64,000 nucleotides of DNA from Bacillota bacterium (lineage in GTDB: Bacteria > Bacillota > Clostridia > Clostridiales > Clostridiaceae): NCBI GenBank assembly GCA_017861315.1, contig JAGFXP010000004.1, positions 10,329 through 74,328 of the forward strand, given 5' to 3'. A program made the translations under genes and the position numbers. Of this stretch, positions 11,879 through 19,854 are shown piece after piece (position 1 is the stretch's first letter; each line of letters starts with the position of its first letter). The notes beneath the pieces are model-generated. The model did no database searches. It saw nothing but the letters and a program-made list of their open reading frames with translations, and was not told the DNA's origin.

Positions 11879-12577
11879 ATGCTTGATTATGAAATCGCAA
11901 AGGAAATCCTGGTTTTTCTTCTTTTGATAATTCCGCCGCTCCTGGTTTACATCAGGTTCTGGCGTGAAAGGGACAGGAGCATGATGCTTATCTCAGCGAT
12001 AAGCATCATATACATAATTGCGGCAATATTTACCCAGAATCTGATGCCCTTCATCCTGGTGCTGTTTAATATAGCAATCATGAAGGGGAGAGTGGAGTTT
12101 GAGGAGTATGGATTCAGCCTGAAGGGATTCAGCTTCATCAAGGGCATGAAGTACTCGGTTTTTTCATATTTCATAACAATAGTGGTCGCAATTGTATCAA
12201 TATCGGTGATGGCTTACTTTGGTATCGGACAGGAGGAGCAGGAAGTCGTAAAATGGATGACTGACCTTCCCTTGGAGAAGTTTTGGATAGCCGTACCGGT
12301 GGCTGCTGTTTTTGCTCCTGTTGTGGAGGAGTTCGTCTTCAGATGGTTCTTCTTTGAAAGGCTTTTCAAGAAAAGTATAGGATTGATTGCCGGCGCGGTT
12401 CTCAGCAGCCTTATATTTGCATTCATTCATTTCAATATCCAGGCATTCCCGATGATACTCTGGATAGGGATGTACAACTGTTATCTTATCGAAAAGAAGG
12501 GATACTGGTATTCTGTGTTCAATCACCTCTTCTTCAACTCGGTAACGGTGGCCGCGCTCTTGATGGATAAAATATGA
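11879..12577 (+). CDS. CPBP family intramembrane glutamic endopeptidase (CAAX protease-like)
   Basis: Polytopic membrane protein with EEFVFRWFF, FAFIHF and HLFFN motifs. Confidence 0.8.
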   Translation: MLDYEIAKEILVFLLLIIPPLLVYIRFWRERDRSMMLISAISIIYIIAAIFTQNLMPFILVLFNIAIMKGRVEFEEYGFSLKGFSFIKGMKYSVFSYFITIVVAIVSISVMAYFGIGQEEQEVVKWMTDLPLEKFWIAVPVAAVFAPVVEEFVFRWFFFERLFKKSIGLIAGAVLSSLIFAFIHFNIQAFPMILWIGMYNCYLIEKKGYWYSVFNHLFFNSVTVAALLMDKI

Positions 12578-12628
12578 TGTATAAAAAAACAGGGATGGGG
12601 CAGAATATATAATGTCCCTATCCCCTAC

Positions 12629-12654
12629 GGACTGCGAAAGCGGTCCTCTTTTTC
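12629..12654 (+). terminator. rho-independent terminator (GAAA tetraloop hairpin plus T-run)
   Basis: GGACTGC-GAAA-GCGGTCC followed by TCTTTTTC. Confidence 0.6.
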
Positions 12655-12660
12655 AAAGTA

Positions 12661-12690
12661 AAAGAGGCGTGCCGTGGCAGCCGCCTCTTT
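12661..12690 (-). terminator. hairpin 7 nt downstream of the Fur-family gene stop
   Basis: AAAGAGGCG / CGCCTCTTT stem. The minus-strand tail TACTTTG is only weakly U-rich. Confidence 0.45.
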
Positions 12691-12696
12691 GAAAAA

Positions 12697-13125
12697 TCAA
12701 TTTTCTTTTTTCTTGCATTTCCCGCACAATCCATAGAAATAAACCTGATTGGCAAGAACCTTGTAATCCGTATACTGCTTGATCTCGTCGTTAAGATTAG
12801 AGAAGCAAACATTGTGGATGTCGTCAACCTTCCCGCAGGACAGGCACTGTATGTGAGGGTGTGCGCAGATATTGCCGTCATACCTGAAATTCCCTTCGCC
12901 CACATTGATTTCCTGTACAAGGCCAACCTCTACAAGGGTTTTAAGTGCCTTGTACACAGTTGCAAGGCTCATTGTAGGGTAAAGATCCTGAAGCGATTTA
13001 TATATGGTCTCCGCAGATGGATGTTCTGTAGTGCATTTCAAGTAATTGTATACCGCTATACGCTGAGGTGTGAGTTTCAATTTTTTTTCTTTGAATATGT
13101 TGGTGAGATTGTCCATAAACACCAT
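12697..13125 (-). CDS. Fur family transcriptional regulator (Fur/PerR/Zur subclass not resolvable by eye)
   Basis: Winged helix TPQRIAV, HPHIQCLSCGKV and C-terminal CGKCKKK CxxC pairs. The in-frame ATG at 13116 has a better AGGA SD and may be the real start. Confidence 0.85.
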   Translation of the reverse strand: MVFMDNLTNIFKEKKLKLTPQRIAVYNYLKCTTEHPSAETIYKSLQDLYPTMSLATVYKALKTLVEVGLVQEINVGEGNFRYDGNICAHPHIQCLSCGKVDDIHNVCFSNLNDEIKQYTDYKVLANQVYFYGLCGKCKKKEN

Positions 13126-13143
13126 CCTACTTTCGATTAATTG

Positions 13144-13163
13144 TTTCTATTATATAATAGAAA
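13144..13163. promoter_or_regulatory. perfect 20-bp palindrome, candidate operator in the fur-family promoter region
   Basis: TTTCTATTATATAATAGAAA lies 19-38 nt upstream of the Fur-family start codon. Confidence 0.4.
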
Positions 13164-13224
13164 TTATTTGTTGTCAAAATTAATATATTCTTAATCAATG
13201 TTAACTGTTATTTATCACGAAACT

Positions 13225-13242
13225 TTGTTATAATATAAACAA
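13225..13242. promoter_or_regulatory. candidate Rex (redox-sensing repressor) operator overlapping an extended -10 box
   Basis: TTGTTATAATATAAACAA matches the clostridial Rex consensus TTGTTAA-N4-TTAACAA at 12/14 specified positions. It sits inside a 7+7 inverted repeat CTTTGTT...AACAAAG. TGtTATAAT is at 13226-13234. Confidence 0.45.
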
Positions 13243-13298
13243 AGATTTTCGATAATTTTTTTGGCTATGATATCTATTATATAGGAGAGGGATTTGTT

Positions 13299-13655
13299 AT
13301 GAAAGTAAGAGAAATTAATGAGCTTCTGAACACGGGACCGGTTATATGTTGTGACGATGACATGGAATTTGACATAAAATTTGGATTTGCGTCTGACCTG
13401 ATGAGCGACGTGCTTGCCCTCGCAAACCATGATGTGGTGCTTATCACGGGACTCACCAACATCCAGACAATCAGGACTGCTGAAATGAAGGACATAAAAT
13501 GGATTATTTTTGTCAGGGGAAAGGTGCCGGATGACATAACTGTGGAACTTGCAAAAGAAAACGGTATCAACATCCTTTGCACAAAGGAAACAATGTTCAG
13601 AACGTGCGGAATACTATTCGATCACGGCCTGCGGGGAGCTGAAATAAACAGATGA
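13299..13655 (+). CDS. DRTGG domain-containing protein
   Basis: 118 aa with a VVLITGLTN..QTIRTA pattern typical of DRTGG domains. It is the first gene of the hydrogenase-associated regulatory operon. Confidence 0.8.
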   Translation: MKVREINELLNTGPVICCDDDMEFDIKFGFASDLMSDVLALANHDVVLITGLTNIQTIRTAEMKDIKWIIFVRGKVPDDITVELAKENGINILCTKETMFRTCGILFDHGLRGAEINR

Positions 13656-14080
13656 GTAACGAAATATTAAAACTTCACTACGATATTGCAACCGGTGATT
13701 ACCTTAAAGCAGGAGAAGCGTCAAGCAACATTAAGAAAGCGCTTATGCAGCTCGGAGTTGACAATAAAATAATAAGAAGAGTTTGCGTTGCCAGTTATGA
13801 GGCGGAAATAAATATCGTCATCCACAGTTTGGGCGGATACATGGATATGAACATTTATGAAGACAGGATAGAAATCGTTGCAGCAGATGTCGGCCCCGGG
13901 ATAAGCGATGTGGCGCTTGCCATGACGGTAGGCTATTCAACAGCTACCCAGGGGGCAAGAGAGATGGGCTTCGGCGCCGGCATGGGGCTCCCTAATATCA
14001 AGAACAACTGCGACGAGCTTACTGTGGATTCATCTGCAGGCGGAAGCACGACAATCACTATGAAAATATATTTTAAATAA
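13652..14080 (+). CDS. anti-sigma-factor-like serine kinase / GHKL ATPase (HATPase_c only, 142 aa)
   Basis: ATGA overlap. G1 DVGPGI and G2 GFGAGMGLPN. Size and architecture resemble RsbW/SpoIIAB. Confidence 0.8.
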   Translation: MSNEILKLHYDIATGDYLKAGEASSNIKKALMQLGVDNKIIRRVCVASYEAEINIVIHSLGGYMDMNIYEDRIEIVAADVGPGISDVALAMTVGYSTATQGAREMGFGAGMGLPNIKNNCDELTVDSSAGGSTTITMKIYFK

Positions 14081-14094
14081 GGTTGTGGTAATAT

Positions 14095-15345
14095 ATGACT
14101 AAGCTATTTCATTCGGTAAAACTTATAGAAGATAAGTGCAAGGGATGTAGCAAATGTATGAACAATTGCCCAATGGAGGCAGTCAGGATAAAAAACTCCA
14201 AGGCATTTGTGATAGAGGATAAATGCATAGACTGCGGAGAATGCATTAAGGTATGCCCGTATAACGCACACGACATAGACAGAGACTACCTGGAGGACAT
14301 CCAGAAATACAAAATCAAGGTGGCTGTGCCATCGACAACGCTTTATGCTCAGTTCGGAGAGTATGTCGATCCCGGCATAATACATGCGGCTCTCCTGAAG
14401 CTTGGCTTCGATGAAGTTTACGAACAGACATATGCCTGCGATATCGTGGCGGAGATAACAAAAAAAGAAATCGAAAATACAAAAAAGCCGGCTATATCCT
14501 TGGTATGCCCAAGCATAGCAAGGCTTATAAGCATCAACTATCCTAGTCTTATAGAGAACACCATTAAGGTGCTGACACCTATAGAGGTTGCGGCGAGCCT
14601 GATACGCGAGAAGTATGAGAAAGCCGGGTACAAATATGAGGATGTAGGAATATTTTTCCTCACCCCGTGCGCTGTCTGGCTCACCTCGCTGAAGCAGTCA
14701 CCCACAAAACAGAACCCTGATATAAACGGCATCATAGCTATAAAGGACATCTATTCGAAACTGCTGAAAGAGATCAAGAGCGGCGAGATCGAGAAGCTCG
14801 ATGTTAGCAGCATGTCCTTTACAGGGCTTTCGGTCGTTGTACCTGGAGGACTCTGCAAGAGCATAAACTCAAGCAACTATATAACCGTTGACGGTGTTAA
14901 AAATGTAATCAAGGTGCTGGATGAGGTTGAAAGCGGAAAGCTCCAGGATGTGGAACTAATAGAGCCCTTCGCCTGCAGCGGAGGATGCCTCGGAGGATCA
15001 TTCCTGGTCGAGAATCCTTATAACGCCAGGAGGCTTCTCGACAAATGCATAAAGGATACAAACTTCACGTACAGCTTTGATGAGCTGAGCGACTACTATA
15101 TGCAGCAGTTTGTGGAGAATGTCAGAAACATAAAGTTCTCAAATCAGAAGCTGGCAGAGGATTTCGTCAGCGCTGTCAAAAAGATGAAATACATGAATGA
15201 ACTTGTAAACACGCTGCCCGGTACTGACTGCGGACAGTGCGGTTCTCCTTCCTGCAAGGCCTTTGCGGAGGATGTGGTTAGGGGACTTGCTCACATAGAA
15301 GATTGCAAATACATTAATTTGGGAGGCGACGTCAATGAAGGTTAA
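14095..15345 (+). CDS. [FeFe]-hydrogenase-like putative sensory protein (divergent H-domain, group D/M2e-like) with 2x[4Fe-4S] ferredoxin N-terminus and C-terminal RnfB-type Fe-S domain
   Basis: CKGCSKCMNNCP and CIDCGECIKVCP. H-domain positions read SLVCPSI / LTPCAVWL / FACSGGCLGGS. C-terminal CGQCGSPSCKAF. Confidence 0.8.
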   Translation: MTKLFHSVKLIEDKCKGCSKCMNNCPMEAVRIKNSKAFVIEDKCIDCGECIKVCPYNAHDIDRDYLEDIQKYKIKVAVPSTTLYAQFGEYVDPGIIHAALLKLGFDEVYEQTYACDIVAEITKKEIENTKKPAISLVCPSIARLISINYPSLIENTIKVLTPIEVAASLIREKYEKAGYKYEDVGIFFLTPCAVWLTSLKQSPTKQNPDINGIIAIKDIYSKLLKEIKSGEIEKLDVSSMSFTGLSVVVPGGLCKSINSSNYITVDGVKNVIKVLDEVESGKLQDVELIEPFACSGGCLGGSFLVENPYNARRLLDKCIKDTNFTYSFDELSDYYMQQFVENVRNIKFSNQKLAEDFVSAVKKMKYMNELVNTLPGTDCGQCGSPSCKAFAEDVVRGLAHIEDCKYINLGGDVNEG

Positions 15346-15664
15346 GGATCTGGCTGATAAACTTGGTATGAAAATTTTGACCGGGGAGGAAGGCCTGGAA
15401 AAAGAAATTGAGGGAGGATATACAGGCGACCTGCTGAGCTGGGTAATGTCCCATGCGTCAAAGGGTGACGTATGGATTACTGTCCAGATACATCCAAACA
15501 TAATAGCTGTTGCCGTACTGCTGGAAATGGCAGCGATTATTGTGCCCGAAGATATTCCTGTGGAAGCTTCCACCTTGGAGAAAGCAAACTCGGAAGGCAT
15601 TGCTGTTCTTCAGTCTCCTGATTCTGCGTTTGAACTGTGTGCCAAAATTAAGGCAGCAATGTAG
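15335..15664 (+). CDS. DRTGG domain-containing protein (second copy)
   Basis: 109 aa, 11-nt overlap with the upstream gene, GGGAGG RBS, same fold-type pattern as 13299-13655. Confidence 0.7.
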   Translation: MKVKDLADKLGMKILTGEEGLEKEIEGGYTGDLLSWVMSHASKGDVWITVQIHPNIIAVAVLLEMAAIIVPEDIPVEASTLEKANSEGIAVLQSPDSAFELCAKIKAAM

Positions 15665-15668
15665 AATT

Positions 15669-16376
15669 ATGAAGATTTATACTGATTTTCATATACACAC
15701 CGCATTATCTCCCTGCGGAGATGCGGATATGACCCCGAATAACATTGTGAATATGGCAATCATAAAAGGGTTGGACGCAATTGCGATAACTGACCATAAC
15801 AGCGTTGAAAACGCGGCGACATGCATGGAGGTCGGGAAAGAGAACGGACTCCTAGTCATTCCCGGCATGGAGCTTCAGACAAGGGAGGAAGTGCATGTTG
15901 TGTGCCTCTTCCCTGATATTGAAGCGGCGCTGGCTTTTCAGGAGTATGTTTACTCCAAACTGCCACCTTTGAAAAACAATGAGAAATTGTTTGGAGAGCA
16001 GCTTGTCTTTGATAAGGATGACGAGATCGTAGGTCATAACGACAGGCTGCTTTTGTCGTCCTCAGATATGACACTTCGTGATGCATTTAACAAAGTAAAT
16101 GAATTAAAAGGTGCATTTATCCCCGCCCATATCGACAGGGAAGCATATGGAATCATCAACGCTCTCGGATTCGTTCCAGACGATCTGCCGATTTCGACTC
16201 TGGAGTATAAAAATGAGGAAGGCCTGAAAAAGCTTGTAAACAGCGGGATTGTACCAAAACGCTACAATTTCATCCGGTCGTCTGATGCCCACTACCTTCA
16301 GGACATCTCGGAGCGCCAAAATGAAATGGAAGTAGATGAATTAAATTCTCTCAATATCATCAATAAATTAAAATAA
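15669..16376 (+). CDS. PHP (polymerase/histidinol phosphatase) domain phosphoesterase
   Basis: MKIYTDFHIHTALSPCGD and AITDHNS metal-binding motifs. The ORF-track start at 15510 overlaps the previous gene, so ATG 15669 was chosen. Confidence 0.85.
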   Translation: MKIYTDFHIHTALSPCGDADMTPNNIVNMAIIKGLDAIAITDHNSVENAATCMEVGKENGLLVIPGMELQTREEVHVVCLFPDIEAALAFQEYVYSKLPPLKNNEKLFGEQLVFDKDDEIVGHNDRLLLSSSDMTLRDAFNKVNELKGAFIPAHIDREAYGIINALGFVPDDLPISTLEYKNEEGLKKLVNSGIVPKRYNFIRSSDAHYLQDISERQNEMEVDELNSLNIINKLK

Positions 16377-16379
16377 ATA

Positions 16380-16408
16380 TAGTCAAATCAGAAGTTATTT
16401 GCTATAAT
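16380..16408 (+). promoter_or_regulatory. possible promoter of the structural hydrogenase operon
   Basis: TAGTCA-17 nt-TATAAT, with TGc immediately upstream of the -10 box at 16403-16408. Confidence 0.35.
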
Positions 16409-16543
16409 GATTTTGGTAATATTTTATGAATTTTAAATTGTGCAAATGTGAGAGTTGTTTTAGAATAGTCCGACTGATGAAGGAAATTCTAAAAAATTTA
16501 AAATTGATAATTTATTAATTAACAATCGAAAGGAAGAGATGGT

Positions 16544-17041
16544 GTGAGTAACGAAAAGAATTGCTGCTGTGGATGCAGTCAGGAAGACCCAAGACTAGCT
16601 GAGCTTATGGAAACAATCGACAAGAACAGAGAAACAAAGGGAGCATTAATCCCGGTTCTGCATAAAGTGCAGACATTGTACGGATACCTGCCAGAGGATG
16701 TTCTTCAGGTAGTATCGGAAGAACTAGACGTTCCAATGACAGAGATATACGGTGTTGCTTCTTTCTATTCAATTTTCTCACTTGAACCAAAGGGAGAGCA
16801 CATAATAAGAGTATGCCTCGGAACAGCTTGCTACGTAAAAGGTGCGCAGCTGCTCATCGACGAAATCAGCAAGGATCTGAAAATCGAAGTTGGCCAGACT
16901 ACACCAGATGGAAAATTCACTTTGGAAGCCTGCAGATGCCTCGGAGCATGCGGATTGGCTCCGGTATTGACAGTAGGTGAAAAGGTTTACGGAAGACTCG
17001 TTCCTGAATCAATCCCAGGAATATTAGCAGAATACAAATAA
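16544..17041 (+). CDS. NuoE-like [2Fe-2S] subunit of NAD(P)H-dependent [FeFe] hydrogenase
   Basis: GTG start after AAGGAAGAG. Thioredoxin-like 2Fe-2S motif CLGTAC...CRCLGACGLAP. Confidence 0.9.
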   Translation: MSNEKNCCCGCSQEDPRLAELMETIDKNRETKGALIPVLHKVQTLYGYLPEDVLQVVSEELDVPMTEIYGVASFYSIFSLEPKGEHIIRVCLGTACYVKGAQLLIDEISKDLKIEVGQTTPDGKFTLEACRCLGACGLAPVLTVGEKVYGRLVPESIPGILAEYK

Positions 17042-17053
17042 GGATGTAAAATT

Positions 17054-17602
17054 ATGAGAGAGCTTTCTCTGCATTTGATAGATATAATACAAAACTCGGT
17101 GGTTGCTGGTGCAACTTTGATAGAAATCGAATTGGATGCAAACACGATTGAAAACTACCTGAAGATCACAATAAAGGATAATGGATGCGGAATGGATGAG
17201 GAGACCTTGAAAAAGGTCAAAGACCCTTTTGTAACATCGCGCAAAACCAGAAAGGTTGGACTCGGGCTTTCGCTGTTTGAAGCTGCATGCCAAAGATGCG
17301 ACGGCTATCTGGAAATCTCTTCGGAGAAAGGGAACGGCACGACTGTCACAGCCTTTATGAAATTCAACCATATTGACAGGAGTCCGGTCGGCAATATTGT
17401 GGATACAATTGTAAGTTCTCTGTTAAATGAAAATACAGACATAGTGTACAGGCATATATTTAACGGGGAGAGTTTTGAATTCGACAGCAGAGAAATCAAG
17501 AAGATAGTAGGCGATGACCTGAGCGATCCGGAGATATTGTGCTGGACCAAAGAGTACATTGCCGAGAACATTGAAAATATAGATGGAGGTGCCATTAAAT
17601 GA
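17054..17602 (+). CDS. GHKL/histidine-kinase-like ATPase (no DHp or sensor domain)
   Basis: N-box HLIDIIQNSVVAG, G1 DNGCGM, G2 GLGLSL. Embedded between hydrogenase subunit genes. Confidence 0.8.
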   Translation: MRELSLHLIDIIQNSVVAGATLIEIELDANTIENYLKITIKDNGCGMDEETLKKVKDPFVTSRKTRKVGLGLSLFEAACQRCDGYLEISSEKGNGTTVTAFMKFNHIDRSPVGNIVDTIVSSLLNENTDIVYRHIFNGESFEFDSREIKKIVGDDLSDPEILCWTKEYIAENIENIDGGAIK

Positions 17603-18000
17603 AATCATTAGCTGAATTAGAAGCAATCAGAAAGAAAACCATAGATAATGTGAACCAGAGAACAGACAGAACAACTACAAGAATAGTTGTCGGTATGGCT
17701 ACTTGCGGAATAGCAGCAGGAGCAAGACCTGTTCTTCTTGCAATACTTGACGAAGTCAAAAAGCTTGGCTTAGGGGATGTATCAGTAGTACAGACCGGAT
17801 GCATAGGCGTTTGCAGGCTTGAGCCGATCGTTGAGGTCATAAGACCAGGCGAAGAAAAAGTAACTTACATCAAGATGGATGCTGAAAAAGCAAAGAAAGT
17901 AGTTGACGAGCATGTTGCCGGCGGAAAAGTGTGCGACGAATACGTTATGCACATAGTAGACGGACACGTTGTAAATGACTACACAGTAAAACATGATTAA
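17599..18000 (+). CDS. thioredoxin-like (2Fe-2S) ferredoxin subunit
   Basis: ATGA overlap. Cysteines at MATCGIAAG and GCIGVCRLEP. Confidence 0.85.
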   Translation: MKSLAELEAIRKKTIDNVNQRTDRTTTRIVVGMATCGIAAGARPVLLAILDEVKKLGLGDVSVVQTGCIGVCRLEPIVEVIRPGEEKVTYIKMDAEKAKKVVDEHVAGGKVCDEYVMHIVDGHVVNDYTVKHD

Positions 18001-18038
18001 TACAAATTCGATAAATGTGATTGATTGGAGGAAGTAAG

Positions 18039-19832
18039 ATGGAATTTTACCGTTCACAAGTGCTGGTATGCGGAGGAACAGGATGTACTTCATCTGGTTC
18101 AAATGATATATGTGCTGCACTGAAAAGCGAGTTGGCAGCAAAAGGCTTAGACAAAGAGGTTGAAGTTGTAAAGACAGGATGTTTCGGTCTTTGCGAATTA
18201 GGTCCGATAGTAATAGTTTACCCGGAAGGAGCGTTCTACAGCCAGGTTAAGGTTGAGGATGTTACTGAACTGGTTGAAGAACACCTGTTAAAGGGAAGAA
18301 TAGTAAAGAGACTGGTTTACCATGATGCGATAGAGGATGACAAGATAAAGTCATTGAACAAGGTTGGCTTCTATGCTAAACAGGAAAGAATAGCCCTCAA
18401 AAACTGCGGAGTTATAGATCCTGAAAACATAGATGAATACCTTGCATTCGACGGATACAAGGCGTTGGAAAAAGCATTGACTCAGATGACACCGCTTGAT
18501 GTTATCAACGAAATGAAGAAGTCAGGCTTAAGAGGCAGAGGCGGCGGCGGCTTCCCTACAGGACTCAAATGGGAATTCGCTTACAAGCAGAACAACCCTC
18601 AGAAGTATATAATCTGCAACGCTGACGAAGGAGACCCGGGTGCATTCATGGACCGTTCGGTTCTTGAGGGAGACCCTCACTCAGTGCTGGAAGCTATGGC
18701 TATAGGCGGATACGCCATAGGCGCAAACATGGGCTTCATCTACGTAAGAGCTGAGTACCCAATAGCTGTTAAGAGGCTTGAAGTAGCAATAGACCAGGCT
18801 AGAGAATACGGACTGCTTGGAAAGAATATATTCGAAACCGGATTCGACTTTGACGTCGAAATCAGACTCGGTGCTGGCGCGTTCGTTTGCGGAGAAGAGA
18901 CTGCACTGATCCACTCAATAGAGGGACACAGAGGTATGCCTACTCCAAAACCGCCGTTCCCTGCTGTAAGCGGATTATGGGGAAAACCAACTGTTATAAA
19001 CAACGTTGAAACTTATGCGAACATCCCTCAGATAATCAACAAAGGTGCTGACTGGTTTGCAAGCATAGGAACCGAGAAGAGCAAGGGAACAAAAGTATTT
19101 GCCCTTGGCGGAAAAATCACTAACACTGGTCTCGTAGAGATCCCTATGGGAACTACTCTTAGAGAAGTTATATACGAAATGGGCGGCGGTATCCCTAACA
19201 ACAAGAAGTTCAAGGCTGTTCAGACAGGCGGACCTTCAGGCGGATGCATAACTGCTGAATCCCTTGATACTCCTATCGAGTACGATACTCTTGTAGCGCT
19301 CGGATCAATGATGGGTTCCGGCGGTATGATCGTCATGGACGAAGACAACTGTATGGTTGACGTTGCAAGGTTCTTCCTTGACTTCACAAGAGAAGAGTCC
19401 TGCGGAAAATGTACTCCTTGCAGAGTCGGCACAAAGAGAATGCTTGAAATGCTTGAAAAAATCACTGAAGGAAAAGCTACGCTTGAAGACCTCGACAAGC
19501 TTGAGAAGCTTGCTCTGTCAATCAAGACTTCAGCTCTCTGCGGACTTGGACAGACAGCTCCAAACCCAGTGCTTTCAACTTTGAAATACTTCAGAGACGA
19601 ATACGAAGCTCACGTTGTTGACAAGAAATGTCCGTCAGGAGTATGTAAGGCATTGCTGCAGTACACAATTGTTGATGATGTATGCAAGAAATGCGGTCTC
19701 TGCGTTAAGGCTTGTCCTGTAGGAGCTATATCAGGAAAAGTTAAGGAGCAGTTCATAATCGACCAGGATAAGTGCGTAAAATGCGGAGCTTGTATGGAAA
19801 AATGCCCATTCAAAGCGATAGTCAAGAAATAA
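18039..19832 (+). CDS. NuoF-like NAD(P)H-binding FMN/Fe-S subunit of [FeFe] hydrogenase
   Basis: ATG 18039 follows GGAGGAAG (the ORF is open from 18021). N-terminal 2Fe-2S domain, GRGGGGFPTG FMN/NADH motifs, ESCGKCTPCR, and two C-terminal 4Fe-4S motifs. Confidence 0.93.
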   Translation: MEFYRSQVLVCGGTGCTSSGSNDICAALKSELAAKGLDKEVEVVKTGCFGLCELGPIVIVYPEGAFYSQVKVEDVTELVEEHLLKGRIVKRLVYHDAIEDDKIKSLNKVGFYAKQERIALKNCGVIDPENIDEYLAFDGYKALEKALTQMTPLDVINEMKKSGLRGRGGGGFPTGLKWEFAYKQNNPQKYIICNADEGDPGAFMDRSVLEGDPHSVLEAMAIGGYAIGANMGFIYVRAEYPIAVKRLEVAIDQAREYGLLGKNIFETGFDFDVEIRLGAGAFVCGEETALIHSIEGHRGMPTPKPPFPAVSGLWGKPTVINNVETYANIPQIINKGADWFASIGTEKSKGTKVFALGGKITNTGLVEIPMGTTLREVIYEMGGGIPNNKKFKAVQTGGPSGGCITAESLDTPIEYDTLVALGSMMGSGGMIVMDEDNCMVDVARFFLDFTREESCGKCTPCRVGTKRMLEMLEKITEGKATLEDLDKLEKLALSIKTSALCGLGQTAPNPVLSTLKYFRDEYEAHVVDKKCPSGVCKALLQYTIVDDVCKKCGLCVKACPVGAISGKVKEQFIIDQDKCVKCGACMEKCPFKAIVKK

Positions 19833-19854
19833 CTTTTGTCAAGGAGTGAATTAA

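Noticed and set aside
15510-15668. 53-codon N-terminal extension of the PHP gene in the ORF track
   Set aside because: It overlaps the second DRTGG gene in another frame. The conserved PHP N-terminus MKIYTDFHIHT begins at ATG 15669, 4 nt after the DRTGG stop.
16504-16525. Rex-like sites upstream of the structural hydrogenase operon (TTGATAATTTATTAATTA / TAATTTATTAATTAACAA)
   Set aside because: Each register matches only 11/14 positions, in a very AT-rich stretch, so this is indistinguishable from chance by eye. The nearby 9-bp inverted repeat TTTTAGAAT (16458-16466) / ATTCTAAAA (16486-16494) was also noted, but no function could be assigned to it.
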